From: Anaeromyxobacter sp.
GTDB taxonomy: Bacteria; Myxococcota; Myxococcia; Myxococcales; Anaeromyxobacteraceae
Reading direction: 5' to 3'
NCBI GenBank assembly: GCA_031427995.1
Contig: JANPOM010000191.1
Coordinates: 1 to 61,571 of the forward strand
Length of the DNA stretch: 61,571 bases
Below are positions 27,678 through 36,543 of the stretch, piece by piece (position 1 is the first letter of the stretch; every line of letters starts with the position of its first letter). The position numbers were made by a program, and so were the translations under genes. The notes beneath the pieces were generated by a model that saw nothing but the letters and a program-made list of their open reading frames with translations, was not told the DNA's origin and ran no database searches.

Positions 27678-28475
27678 CTAAGGCGGGGCGTCGTCGAGAT
27701 CCACGACCCGCGCCCCATGCGGCGGCGTGAGCAAGAAGAGGGAGGGATCGACAGGGCCGTTGACCTCCAGCTCACGCCAGTGGAGCGAGAAGGCGACGCC
27801 GGCCTCGGGGACGCGCGCCGCCAGGTCGGTGGGGACCCGCTGGCCGGCGCGGGTGCGGTGGACCGAGAACTCGGCGTCGAGGCCGGCCGGCACCTCGCCG
27901 CCCGGCGCGACCCGGCGCTGGCGCGCCGAGAGCAGCGCCGCGCCCGGCCCGACCTCGAGCCGCTGCACCAGGTCGCCTTCACGAATAGTGAGGAGGACGC
28001 TCCCTTCGGCCGGCTCGGCCGACACCGGCTGGCCGTCCAGCAGCGGCGCCGAGCCGCAGAGCAGCGTCACCAGCGCCTCGGGCGTGACAGCCACCGGGAT
28101 GAGGCGGGCCAGGTTGGCGGGGGTGGCGGCGCCGCGAAGGAAGGTCCGCTCGCGGGCGTCGTAGAGCGCCAGCCTGCCGCCCTCGACCGCCAGCGAGGCC
28201 ACCACGTTTCCGAAGAAGTCCTGCACCTCGACGCGCAGCCGGCCTGGCCGCTCGGCCACCAGGTACTGCTCGGTCCCCCCGGAGCCATTCGGCGAGTCGA
28301 CGCCGACCCGGGCCCGCCCCTGCACGCTCACCACCCGGGCTTGCGCCGCCCGCACCTCGCGGAGCAGCTCCGCCGGGTCGAGCGAGAGGTCGGGAGGCGG
28401 CCGCCGCGGGTGGCAGGCGGCCAGCGCCACCAGGGCGCCGGCGGCGAGCCAGCCGGCGGCGGGGCGGAAGGTCAC
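27678..28475 (-). CDS. LolA/LolB-fold lipoprotein (DUF4292-like)
   Basis: Lipobox ALVALAAC. The beta-rich body resembles outer-membrane lipoprotein carrier/receptor folds. 4-nt overlap with the upstream gene. Confidence 0.55.
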   Translation of the reverse strand: MTFRPAAGWLAAGALVALAACHPRRPPPDLSLDPAELLREVRAAQARVVSVQGRARVGVDSPNGSGGTEQYLVAERPGRLRVEVQDFFGNVVASLAVEGGRLALYDARERTFLRGAATPANLARLIPVAVTPEALVTLLCGSAPLLDGQPVSAEPAEGSVLLTIREGDLVQRLEVGPGAALLSARQRRVAPGGEVPAGLDAEFSVHRTRAGQRVPTDLAARVPEAGVAFSLHWRELEVNGPVDPSLFLLTPPHGARVVDLDDAPP

Positions 28476-29647
28476 GCCTGCTCCAGCGCCTGGGTGAGAT
28501 CGGCCAGCAGGTCGCCGGCGTCCTCCAGCCCCACCGAGACCCGCAGCAGCCCGCGGTCGATGCCCTGGGCCTTCAGCTCGGCCTCGCTGGCGTTGCGGTG
28601 CGAGGAGATGACCGGGATTGAGGCCAGGCTCTCCACGCCACCCAGCGAGGATGCCCGGGCCACGATCCGCAGCGCGTCGTGGACCCGGCAGCAGGGTTCG
28701 AAGCCGCCCTTCACCGAGAGCGAGAGGACGCCGCCGCCGCCGCGCAGCAGGCGGCGGGCCAGGTCGTGATCGGGGTGCGAGCGCAGGAACGGGTAGTGGA
28801 CGCGGGCCACCTTGGCGTGGCTCTCCAGGGCCTCGGCGAGGCGCAGCGCGGTGGCGTTCTGCCGTTCGATCCGGATCTCGAGGGTCTTCATGCCGCGGAT
28901 GAGGTCATAGGCCACCGCCGGGTCCATGGTCCCGCCGGCGGTGCGCCGCACCTCCAGAACCGGCGCCAGCAGCGCCTTGTTCCCGGCCACCACGCCGGCC
29001 AGGTGGTCGCAGTGGCCGTTGAGGTACTTGGTGGCGCTGTGGATGATCAGGTCGACGCCCAGCGTGGCCGGCCGCAGGTTGACGGGGGTGGCGAAGGTGG
29101 CGTCGACCAGGGAGAGGATGCCCCGCCGCCGGCAGGCCGCCGCCACCGCGGCCATGTCGACGACGCGGAGGGTCGGGTTGGTGGGGGTCTCGAAGAGCAG
29201 CGCGCGGGTGCCGGGCGGCGCGGCGGCCGCGCTCTCGGCCAGCCGTTCCAGGGGCACCTCCACCACCTTGACGCCGAAGCGGGTGAGGATGGTACGGGCC
29301 AGCCGGGTGGTCTGCCCGTAGATGGTGTCCGCGATGAGGAGCGTATCTCCGGCCGCCAGGTGGGCGATCAGCGCGGCGTGGATGGCCGCCATGCCCGAGG
29401 CGAAGAGGACGGCCTGCTCGGTCGCCTCCAGCAGTGCCAGCTTTCGCTCGGCGGCGATGACGGTCGGGTTCTCCAGCCGCGAGTAGAGCCACTTGCCCTC
29501 CGGGGCGTCGAGGTAGGCGGCCGCCGCCGCGGCCGAGTCGAAGCGGTAGGTGGTGGTCTGGTAGATGGGCGTGCCGACCGCCGGGACGTTCCAGACCTGG
29601 TCCTCGCCACCGTGGACCGCCAGGGTGCCGAACTTCTCGTTGGCCAT
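28472..29647 (-). CDS. Cys/Met-metabolism PLP-dependent enzyme (cystathionine gamma-synthase/lyase family)
   Basis: PLP-lysine motif IHSATKYLNGHCD. C-terminal RVSVGLED. Confidence 0.85.
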   Translation of the reverse strand: MANEKFGTLAVHGGEDQVWNVPAVGTPIYQTTTYRFDSAAAAAAYLDAPEGKWLYSRLENPTVIAAERKLALLEATEQAVLFASGMAAIHAALIAHLAAGDTLLIADTIYGQTTRLARTILTRFGVKVVEVPLERLAESAAAAPPGTRALLFETPTNPTLRVVDMAAVAAACRRRGILSLVDATFATPVNLRPATLGVDLIIHSATKYLNGHCDHLAGVVAGNKALLAPVLEVRRTAGGTMDPAVAYDLIRGMKTLEIRIERQNATALRLAEALESHAKVARVHYPFLRSHPDHDLARRLLRGGGGVLSLSVKGGFEPCCRVHDALRIVARASSLGGVESLASIPVISSHRNASEAELKAQGIDRGLLRVSVGLEDAGDLLADLTQALEQA

Positions 29648-29678
29648 GTGGGCTCTCCAGTGCGCGGGCCGGGGACGA

Positions 29679-30563
29679 TTAGAACAGGCGCGCCTTCTTG
29701 TCGAGCCACTCCCGGGCCCGGCGCCGGGCCACAGCCTGCTCCGCGGCTCGCTCCAGCGCGGCCGGCGCCGCCAGCACCTCGCCGAGCAGCCGCTCGAAGG
29801 CGGCCCGATCCTGCAGCAGCACCGCCAGGGTGCGGGCCTCCTCTACGCGCCGCCAGGGCTCGTCGGGGAAGAGCTGGGCGGCCCGGTCGAACCGGGCCCG
29901 CGCCGCCGCCACCCCACCGCCGGCCGCCGCCGGCAACATGGCCGACCAGGCCCCCAGCGCCCGGAGCGGCCCGCCCGCCTCCAGGGTCTCGTCGAGCGTC
30001 GCGGCGCGCTGGAGCAGCGGCAGGGCGTGGTCCTTGACCGCCAGCACCGCGGCCGGGCCGGTCCCCTGCGCCACGCCGAGCCGGCCGACCGCCAGCCAGT
30101 AGAGCGGCTCGGCGCCGGGCCCGTCCACCAGCGCCGCGGCAGCGGAGGTCGAGCGCCCCTCGGCGAGCGCCTCGGCGAAGCGGGGCGTGAGCGCGGCCAG
30201 CGCCCGCTCGGCGGCGCGCGACGAGGCGTCGTGCGCGGCCAGCGCCTCGGCCGGCAGCTCGGCGGCCAGGGCGCGAAACCCCTCACCCCGGGCCAGCCGC
30301 AGCTCGATCTCGGGCTGGCCCGGCCTGGCCGGGGCGGCGCGCCGCCAGGCGGCGAGGGCGGCCCGCAGCTCGGCCGGCTCGCCGCGGCGGATCCAGGCGG
30401 CGTCTCCCTCGGCGAGGAGCGCCGCCGCCGCCTCGCGGCTGACTGGGGCCGGCGCCACCGGCGCGCCTGGGCAACCGGCCAACGCCAGCAGCAGGCCGAG
30501 CCCCAAGGCGCATCCCATGACCCCCGGCCGTGGCATGCGCCTTCGAGCGCGGCGCGGCGCCAT
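29679..30563 (-). CDS. helical-repeat lipoprotein (TatT/TPR-like), function unknown
   Basis: Lipobox LLLALAGC. Ala/Leu-rich helical repeats. Start uncertain (possibly MGCALGLG at 30518). Confidence 0.5.
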   Translation of the reverse strand: MAPRRARRRMPRPGVMGCALGLGLLLALAGCPGAPVAPAPVSREAAAALLAEGDAAWIRRGEPAELRAALAAWRRAAPARPGQPEIELRLARGEGFRALAAELPAEALAAHDASSRAAERALAALTPRFAEALAEGRSTSAAAALVDGPGAEPLYWLAVGRLGVAQGTGPAAVLAVKDHALPLLQRAATLDETLEAGGPLRALGAWSAMLPAAAGGGVAAARARFDRAAQLFPDEPWRRVEEARTLAVLLQDRAAFERLLGEVLAAPAALERAAEQAVARRRAREWLDKKARLF

Positions 30564-30565
30564 CC

Positions 30566-31444
30566 CTACTTCCGCTTCTTGCTGGCCGGCTTCCTCGGCG
30601 CCGGCTTCCTGGCCGCCACCCGCTTGGCGGCGCTCTTCGGGCCGGCCTTCCTCGGCGTGGACCTCTTCGCGGCCGGCCGCCTGGCCACCTTTTTCACGGC
30701 GGCCTTCTTTCCGGCCGGCTTCCTGGCCGACTTCTTCGCCGCGGCCGTTTTCGGCGCGGACTTCACGGGCATGGGCCTGGCGCTGACGACCACCCTGGGC
30801 GCGGGCCGGGCTACCGGGTTGACCCGGGCCACCACGGGCAGCGGCGGTGTGGGCGGCGCGAGTGGCCGTGCCGGCTGGAGCGGGCGAGGCACCATGGGTG
30901 GCCGCTGCGGCTGGGCCCGGCTCAGGCGGGCCAGGCGCGCCTCTTCCTCGGCCTGGGTGACGTGGAGCGGCGGTTGGCCGGCCCGCTGGCGGGTCTCGTC
31001 CTCCGCGGAGTAGTAGAGCTGATAGCTGGCCAGGCCGCGAGTCACCAGCTCGCCGCGCTGGTTCTCGGCCCAGAGTTCGAGGTCCATGGTGTAGGTGTCG
31101 CCGGCCTCGAAGCGGCGCTCCACCACCCGGCCACGCGCCGTGAGCACGTCGCCAGGCCAGATGAACTTCACGAGCCGTGACTGGAGCCTCTTGAGCCTGG
31201 CGCCGCGGGTCCAGTCGGCGGCCAGCTCGGCGAGGAAGCCCATTCCGATGGTGCCGGGCGCGAAGGCGCTGGGGAACCCGGAGGCGCGGGCGTGCGGCTC
31301 GTCGATGTAGAGCGGGTTCCAGTCGCTGGCGGCGCCGACGTAGCGGGCGATCTGGAGCCGGTCGACCGGCGGCTTGACGAGCGGGGGCAGCTCGTCGCCC
31401 ACCTTGACGGCCTCGAAGTAGAGCTGGCGAACGTTGAGCGTCAT
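30566..31444 (-). CDS. MaoC-like (R)-hydratase hot-dog domain fused to Pro-rich linker and histone-H1-like Ala/Lys/Pro C-terminal tail
   Basis: N-terminus YVGAASDWNPLYIDEPHARASGF (hydratase-2-like motif with Tyr in place of the canonical His). C-terminus ...KSAPKTAAAKKSARKPAGKKAAVKKVARRPAAKRSTPRKAGPKSAAKRVAARKPAPRKPASKKRK. Confidence 0.8.
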   Translation of the reverse strand: MTLNVRQLYFEAVKVGDELPPLVKPPVDRLQIARYVGAASDWNPLYIDEPHARASGFPSAFAPGTIGMGFLAELAADWTRGARLKRLQSRLVKFIWPGDVLTARGRVVERRFEAGDTYTMDLELWAENQRGELVTRGLASYQLYYSAEDETRQRAGQPPLHVTQAEEEARLARLSRAQPQRPPMVPRPLQPARPLAPPTPPLPVVARVNPVARPAPRVVVSARPMPVKSAPKTAAAKKSARKPAGKKAAVKKVARRPAAKRSTPRKAGPKSAAKRVAARKPAPRKPASKKRK

Positions 31445-31450
31445 GTTCCG

Positions 31451-31888
31451 CTACCCCCGCCGAAGGATGAAGGTGGCCCGCGCCTTGAATACCAGGACAC
31501 CCTGCTCGTCGCGCCCCTCGTCCTCGATGACGATGACGTCCATCGGGCCGCTGGCGCCGGAGCGCTCCTGCACGTCGGCCACCTTGCTGCGCACGGTGAG
31601 CCGATCGCCGGCCACGATGGGCCGGCCGAACTCGAAGGACTGCTCGCCGTGGAGCATGGAGCGGGTGCCGAGATCGAGTGAGTGGCGGAAGCGCTCACCC
31701 CAGCCGAGGGTGAGCGCGAAGGTGGACGGCGCCACCAGCCCTGGGTAGCCGGCGGCGCGGGCCGCCGCCTCGTCGAGCGCCAGCGGGTTGGGGTCGCCGA
31801 GCGCCTCGGCGAAGCGCCGGATGGCCCCCTTCTCCACCTCGTGGAGGACGGGCTCGCTGACCCGGCCGATGAGGGACTTGTCGAGCAT
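31451..31888 (-). CDS. MaoC_dehydrat_N-type hot-dog protein (HadA/HadC-like partner subunit)
   Basis: 145 aa. KGAIRRFAEALGDPNPLALDEAAARAAGYPGLVAPSTF. 7 nt upstream of the MaoC gene. Confidence 0.78.
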   Translation of the reverse strand: MLDKSLIGRVSEPVLHEVEKGAIRRFAEALGDPNPLALDEAAARAAGYPGLVAPSTFALTLGWGERFRHSLDLGTRSMLHGEQSFEFGRPIVAGDRLTVRSKVADVQERSGASGPMDVIVIEDEGRDEQGVLVFKARATFILRRG

Positions 31889-31901
31889 GCTGGCTCCTTG
31901 C

Positions 31902-32939
31902 CTAGCGCCCTGCCGGCAGGTCGAGGACCGTGATCAGTCCCCGCCGCTCGGTGATGGCCAACACCGCGTGCACCACGGTGTTGGCGGTGGCCGCCTCGCC
32001 CGGGATCCCCCCGGGCACCACCGCTCGCAGCGGCGGATCGGCGTCGAACTCCACCTCGTCGCGCGGCTCTTCCGCGCCGAGGGTGAACTGCAGCTCCAGC
32101 CGGACCACTTCCCGGCCTTCGTCGAAGGCGCGCGCCACCTGCTGGACGCCCGCCACCTGCCCCGTCTGGAGGCCGTGACCGTCTTCGTCGGCGATCAGCG
32201 GGGTCAGTTCCTCGTCCACCTCGTCGAACTCCAGCCCGCAGCCGGCCGCGGCCAGCGCCGCCGACTCGGCCAGCCCGACGTGACCCAGCTCGCCGCGCTG
32301 GTCTGCCGCCTCGAAGGCCTCGGGGGAGAGCCCCACCCCCAGCTTCTGGCGCAGCCGGTCGCGCCGGCCGGCCAGGTCGACGACGCGCAGGCCGCGGACG
32401 TGGCGCACCTCGCCCAACACCTGCGCCAGCACCGCCGGCAGCCGGTCCAGGACGAAGCCGGGGTTGACGCCGGTGCCTACCACCGCCACGTCGTGGGCCT
32501 CGCAGAAGAGATCGAGCGCGTCCGCCTCGGACTCGTGGTGAAGCCAGGGCCAGGCCAGCTCCTCGCAGGTCGAGACCACCGAGCAGCCGGCCTTCACGGC
32601 CCGTCGAAGGAGCGGGAGGGCCGCCTCGAAGGAGGAGCCGGTGGCGAGCACCACCACGCCACCGCGCGCCTCGATGAAGGCCGAGGCCGGATCGACTCCG
32701 ACCATGAGCGCGCCGGCCGGCCGATCGATGAGCTGGTCGAGCCTCTTTCCAGCCAGTCCCGGTGCGGTGTCGACCACCGCCACCAGCCGCAGCTCCGGGC
32801 GCGACAGCAGGGCGCGGGCGATGCCCCGCCCTGCATCGCCAAGCCCTATGAGCACCACCGGAATGGTCGTCTCGGCCACCGCGCCCCTCACGTGTCGCCT
32901 CAGGGCCCGGAATGGCCGGATCTCCGAAGGTTGACGCAC
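31902..32939 (-). CDS. DapB-N-like NAD(P)-binding oxidoreductase (amine dehydrogenase / 2,4-diaminopentanoate dehydrogenase-like family)
   Basis: Rossmann start IPVVLIGLGDAGRGIARAL...LRLVAVVD. ...VVGTGVNPGF. The true start is probably downstream of 32939. Confidence 0.65.
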   Translation of the reverse strand: MRQPSEIRPFRALRRHVRGAVAETTIPVVLIGLGDAGRGIARALLSRPELRLVAVVDTAPGLAGKRLDQLIDRPAGALMVGVDPASAFIEARGGVVVLATGSSFEAALPLLRRAVKAGCSVVSTCEELAWPWLHHESEADALDLFCEAHDVAVVGTGVNPGFVLDRLPAVLAQVLGEVRHVRGLRVVDLAGRRDRLRQKLGVGLSPEAFEAADQRGELGHVGLAESAALAAAGCGLEFDEVDEELTPLIADEDGHGLQTGQVAGVQQVARAFDEGREVVRLELQFTLGAEEPRDEVEFDADPPLRAVVPGGIPGEAATANTVVHAVLAITERRGLITVLDLPAGR

Positions 32940-32968
32940 CTTTATAGGGCATGGGCTGATTTCCTATC

Positions 32969-33013
32969 AAGAAAAGGGGACCTCACGCCCCGAGCGGAAC
33001 CCGAGCGGGGCGT
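32969..33013 (-). terminator. candidate intrinsic terminator downstream of the TlpA-like gene
   Basis: Minus-strand RNA ACGCCCCGCUCGGGUUCCGCUCGGGGCGU (8-bp stem), followed by GAGGUCCCCUUUUCUU. This is the only U-rich tract in the neighbourhood. Confidence 0.3.
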
Positions 33014-33097
33014 CAACCGTCCACATGGCTGCCTGGCTGTGACCGGGCGCGTCAAGCGGCGGTATTGCTTGGTGCTTCCTTGCTGGGCGACCTCACT

Positions 33098-33796
33098 TCA
33101 GCCACCGATGAGCCGCTCAAGCAGCTCCCTGGCCGAGGGCTGAGACCAGTCCATTTCACCGATGACGTAGGCGGCGATTCGGCCAGACTTGTCCACGATG
33201 TAGCTCTCCGGGAACTTCACGTCGTCGGGAGAACAGGCGCCTCGCCCGGTGCAGTACCAGGCCCGGACCGTCGTCCTGCCGTCGGGGTCGAGCGCCACCG
33301 TGACCTGCGGCGGGAGACGGCCGCCCTGCTCCGGGCTCCTGAAGAACTGCCTCACCAGGTCGGCCGATTCGTCGACCGAGACCGCCACCATCTTGAACTT
33401 GCCCGGATGACGCGCCGCCAGCTCCCGTCCCAGCTTCACCATGCTCGGCATCTCGGTGCGGCAGGGCGGGCACCAGGTGGCCCAGAAGTTGACGAAGACC
33501 ACCTGCCCCCGGGCCGTGGTCAGATCGAAGTGGCCGCCGTCGACGGTCGGAAGGCTGAGGGGCGGAGCCAGCGGCGCCGTCCTCGAGAGCAGCAACTGGC
33601 CGAAGACCGCCGGCTCGGCGGGCGAAGCGGCGGAAGGCTGGGCCGGCGTGGCCACCATGGGCGACATGGCGCTGGTGAGCTGCTCCACCTGGTGCGTCGC
33701 GTCCCAGGCCTTCCAGCCCGCGGCGGCGAGGAGCACCAGGAAGACGGCGCCGGCGACGAGCTGTTGCCGGGGCCATTTCGGATCGGTCTCAGCCAT
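33098..33796 (-). CDS. TlpA/ResA-family thiol:disulfide oxidoreductase (membrane-anchored)
   Basis: TM anchor VAGAVFLVLLAAAGW. Redox motif VNFWATWCPPCRTEMP. Confidence 0.85.
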   Translation of the reverse strand: MAETDPKWPRQQLVAGAVFLVLLAAAGWKAWDATHQVEQLTSAMSPMVATPAQPSAASPAEPAVFGQLLLSRTAPLAPPLSLPTVDGGHFDLTTARGQVVFVNFWATWCPPCRTEMPSMVKLGRELAARHPGKFKMVAVSVDESADLVRQFFRSPEQGGRLPPQVTVALDPDGRTTVRAWYCTGRGACSPDDVKFPESYIVDKSGRIAAYVIGEMDWSQPSARELLERLIGG

Positions 33797-33862
33797 GATT
33801 CGCGCTTATGCCACGGACCCGTCACTTGCCGCCACCGGGCCGGCGGGCGAGACTCCCTCCAC

Positions 33863-34981
33863 ATGCGCGGCCTGATGGGCAGCTTCGCGATCCTCCCGCT
33901 CGGCGACCTGCTCGAGCTGCTCTCCCGGCGCGGGCTGGCCGGGACCCTCACCTGCGAGCGCGGCACGGTGCGCAAGACCATCCAGCTGGCCGGCGGCAAG
34001 GCGTTGGGGGCCTCCTCCAACGACACCCGCGACCAGCTCGGCCAGCTGCTCGTCAACTTCAACCACCTCGACGAGGCGGCGCTGCAGCGGGCCATCGAGA
34101 CCCAGAACGAGACCCAGGTCCGGCTCGGGCGCGTGCTCACCATGACCGGCCTGGTCACGGCCGAGGTGCTCCGCGACGTGCTGGCCTTCAAGGTCCGCGA
34201 GACGCTTCTCGACGTCTTCCTCTGGGAGTCGGGGGTCTTCCGCTTCGACGACTCACCGCCGGCCCTGGTCGACGAGTTCGACACCGCGGGGGCGATCGCC
34301 GAGGTGCTGAGCGAGGCCGAGTTCCGCACCACCGCCTGGTCGGCCTTCCGCGGCGAGTTCCCCAGCGGCGTGGGCACGCTCGAGGTGGACGACGCCAAGG
34401 TGCCGCCCTCCATGACGCCCGACACCGTCGACGGCCGGCTGCTGGCGCTGGCTCGCGAGGGGAGCACCATCGACGACCTCGGGCTGGCGCTGCGCTCCTC
34501 CGACTTTCACCTCTACCAGCGGCTTTACGCCCTCTCGCGCCAGGGGATCATCCGCCCGGCGCCGGCCAGGTTCTCCAGCGGGATCCGGGCGCGCAACGAG
34601 ATCAGCGTGGCCGAGCTGATCGAGCGGGCCCGGGGGCTGCTGGCCGACGGCCTCGCCGACGACGCCGAGCTGATCGCCGCCCGCGCCGTGGCCCTGGCGC
34701 CAAGCTCCGGCGAGGCCCACGACCTGCTCATCGAAGCCGAGCGGCTCCTCGCCCAGACGCTGCGCGACGACCTGCTCGAGCCCGGCCGGGTGGCGCGCCG
34801 CTCCATGGGCATGGGGGCCATCGCCGGACTCAAGCTCTCCAACGTCGACAAGTACCTGCTCTCGCGCTGCGACGGGCAGCGGACCGTGAAGCAGCTGGCC
34901 CAGCTGGCGCCGCTGCGCGAGCTCGACGTGCTCAAGGCGCTCAAGCGGCTGGCCGACGGAGGCGTGGTCGAGCTGGGGTGA
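33863..34981 (+). CDS. DUF4388 (PatA-N-like) domain protein
   Basis: Start MRGLMGSFAILPLGDLLELLSRRGLAGTLTCERGTVRKTIQLAGGK (DUF4388 signature). The ORF-track 5' extension (33065..) is antisense to tlpA. Confidence 0.7.
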   Translation: MRGLMGSFAILPLGDLLELLSRRGLAGTLTCERGTVRKTIQLAGGKALGASSNDTRDQLGQLLVNFNHLDEAALQRAIETQNETQVRLGRVLTMTGLVTAEVLRDVLAFKVRETLLDVFLWESGVFRFDDSPPALVDEFDTAGAIAEVLSEAEFRTTAWSAFRGEFPSGVGTLEVDDAKVPPSMTPDTVDGRLLALAREGSTIDDLGLALRSSDFHLYQRLYALSRQGIIRPAPARFSSGIRARNEISVAELIERARGLLADGLADDAELIAARAVALAPSSGEAHDLLIEAERLLAQTLRDDLLEPGRVARRSMGMGAIAGLKLSNVDKYLLSRCDGQRTVKQLAQLAPLRELDVLKALKRLADGGVVELG

Positions 34982-34996
34982 GCGGGCCGCGGCGAC

Positions 34997-35908
34997 TCAG
35001 GCCTCGGCGGCGCCCTCGCCGACCACCAGGTAGAGGTTCTGGCCGAGCCGCCGGTGACCGCGCTCGCCCACCAGCAGGTCGAGCGCCAGCGAGGCCACGT
35101 CGTCGGCCAGCGCCTCCAGCAGCGGCCCGCGCTCCACGTAGAGCAGCTTGAGCCAGGTCTGGCAGGCGCCGCAGCTCTCGGCCTGGGCCGGCCCGGCGAC
35201 GCCCTCCACCGAGAGGTAGGAGAGGTCGGCCCCGGAGCGGCAGAGCACGCACTGGACCCTGGTGTGGTGCCACGAGGTGGCGCAGAGGCCGCAGACCAGG
35301 TAGCGCAGCTTGTCGTCCCCCAGCACCATGCCGACGGTCGGCGAGGCGCCGCAGGCCGGGCAGCCCTCCTCGACGCGGGCCACCGCCGCCACCGGGAGGC
35401 ACGCGGCCAGGCCGGTGTAGGCCACCTGGAGGGCGGCCCCGGCGAACGGGGCCAGCGGCACGTCGAGCGGGCCCGGCTGGCCTGCCAGCAGCCGCTCGGC
35501 CAGGCTGTCGAGGTCGAACTCGGAGAGCCTCCCCAGTCGATCCAGCGCGGCGCGAGTCGGGGGTGGAACCGCCAGACCGGAGAGCTCCTCGAGGAGCAGG
35601 CGCAGCGCCTCGCGCCAGACCGGCGGCGGGGCCTTGGCCGAGTCGAGGGGTGGTTCGCCTGCCACCGGTGGCGGCATGGCCGGGAGGCCGAGCCGCTCGG
35701 CCACCGCCCGCTGCGCCGCCGCCAGCCGGGCCAGCATCGACAGGTAGTCGCCGGCCGCATGGTTCGGCGCCAGGTCCTCGAAACGCGCGGCGCGGCGGGC
35801 GAAGACCTGCTGGGCCCCAGGGTGGGGGCGCAGGTAGGGGACCTCACCCAGCTCGCCGCCACCGGTCAGGAACGCGGTTGGCGCCCCTCCAGGCCCGGCT
35901 CCAGTCAC
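34997..35908 (-). CDS. fdhE: formate dehydrogenase accessory protein FdhE
   Basis: Four CxxC pairs (CPACG, CGLCAT, CVLCRS, CGACQT). GTG start overlaps the fdnI stop (GTGA). 303 aa. Confidence 0.85.
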   Translation of the reverse strand: MTGAGPGGAPTAFLTGGGELGEVPYLRPHPGAQQVFARRAARFEDLAPNHAAGDYLSMLARLAAAQRAVAERLGLPAMPPPVAGEPPLDSAKAPPPVWREALRLLLEELSGLAVPPPTRAALDRLGRLSEFDLDSLAERLLAGQPGPLDVPLAPFAGAALQVAYTGLAACLPVAAVARVEEGCPACGASPTVGMVLGDDKLRYLVCGLCATSWHHTRVQCVLCRSGADLSYLSVEGVAGPAQAESCGACQTWLKLLYVERGPLLEALADDVASLALDLLVGERGHRRLGQNLYLVVGEGAAEA

Positions 35909-36543
35909 CGGCTGTCCTTGCCGGTCGCGTCGCGCTCCCAGGCCGGATGGTGGAACCTGGCCCAGGCGCGGGTGACGGTGCCGCGGATCATCGCGTCGAT
36001 GGAGCCCTTGGTCCAGATGGCCGCGTAGACGTGGATGCCGATCCCCACGAACATGATGAAGGCGCAGACCGAGTGGATGAGCCCGGCGGCGCGGCGGGCC
36101 CCGGTGGAGAAATACGGGGCGAACCAGGGCTGCCAGAGCAAGACCCCGGTCACCGCGAGCACGGCGATGATCGGGACCATCGACCAGAACATCAGCTTCT
36201 GCCCGGCGTTGTACTTGTGGGTCTCGCCGATGTCGGGGTGCTCCTTGCGCATGTACGCCGACATGTGCGTGACCCACTTCGAGTCGTTGGGGCGCCAGCG
36301 GTTGTCGCCCACCAGCAGCGCCGCGTACGGGTAGAAGAGGATCACCAGCGCCGCCCCCGCCAGCGGGTGGAGGAAGCGCATCAGCGAGCCGCCGCCGAGG
36401 ACCTGGGAGAGCCAGAAGAAGAACGGCGAGAAGAGGGCGAGCCCCGAGAGGAAGAGAAAGGTGAAGACGATGGACACCGCCCAGTGGGTGACGCGGGAGC
36501 CGTTGGAGTGGCGCTGGATCAGCTCCTTGCCGTTGGCGCTCAT
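35905..36543 (-). CDS. fdnI: formate dehydrogenase cytochrome b556 (gamma) subunit
   Basis: 212 aa. IQRHSNGSRVTHWAVSIVFTFLFLSGLALFSP. Four TM helices with conserved His. Confidence 0.85.
   Translation of the reverse strand: MSANGKELIQRHSNGSRVTHWAVSIVFTFLFLSGLALFSPFFFWLSQVLGGGSLMRFLHPLAGAALVILFYPYAALLVGDNRWRPNDSKWVTHMSAYMRKEHPDIGETHKYNAGQKLMFWSMVPIIAVLAVTGVLLWQPWFAPYFSTGARRAAGLIHSVCAFIMFVGIGIHVYAAIWTKGSIDAMIRGTVTRAWARFHHPAWERDATGKDSR

Noticed and set aside
30566-30790. Repetitive DNA (GGCCGGCTTCCT-type units), and similar G-X-Y-coding repeats at 58674..58799, considered as tandem repeats or a CRISPR-like array
   Set aside because: Both lie inside well-supported reading frames and simply encode low-complexity protein (the AKP tail and collagen triplets). 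There is no repeat-spacer organisation.
34525-35862. 445-aa minus-strand ORF overlapping fdhE out of frame
   Set aside because: Ser/Pro/Arg/Ala/Trp-rich with no motifs. The alternative frame gives FdhE with four CxxC pairs.
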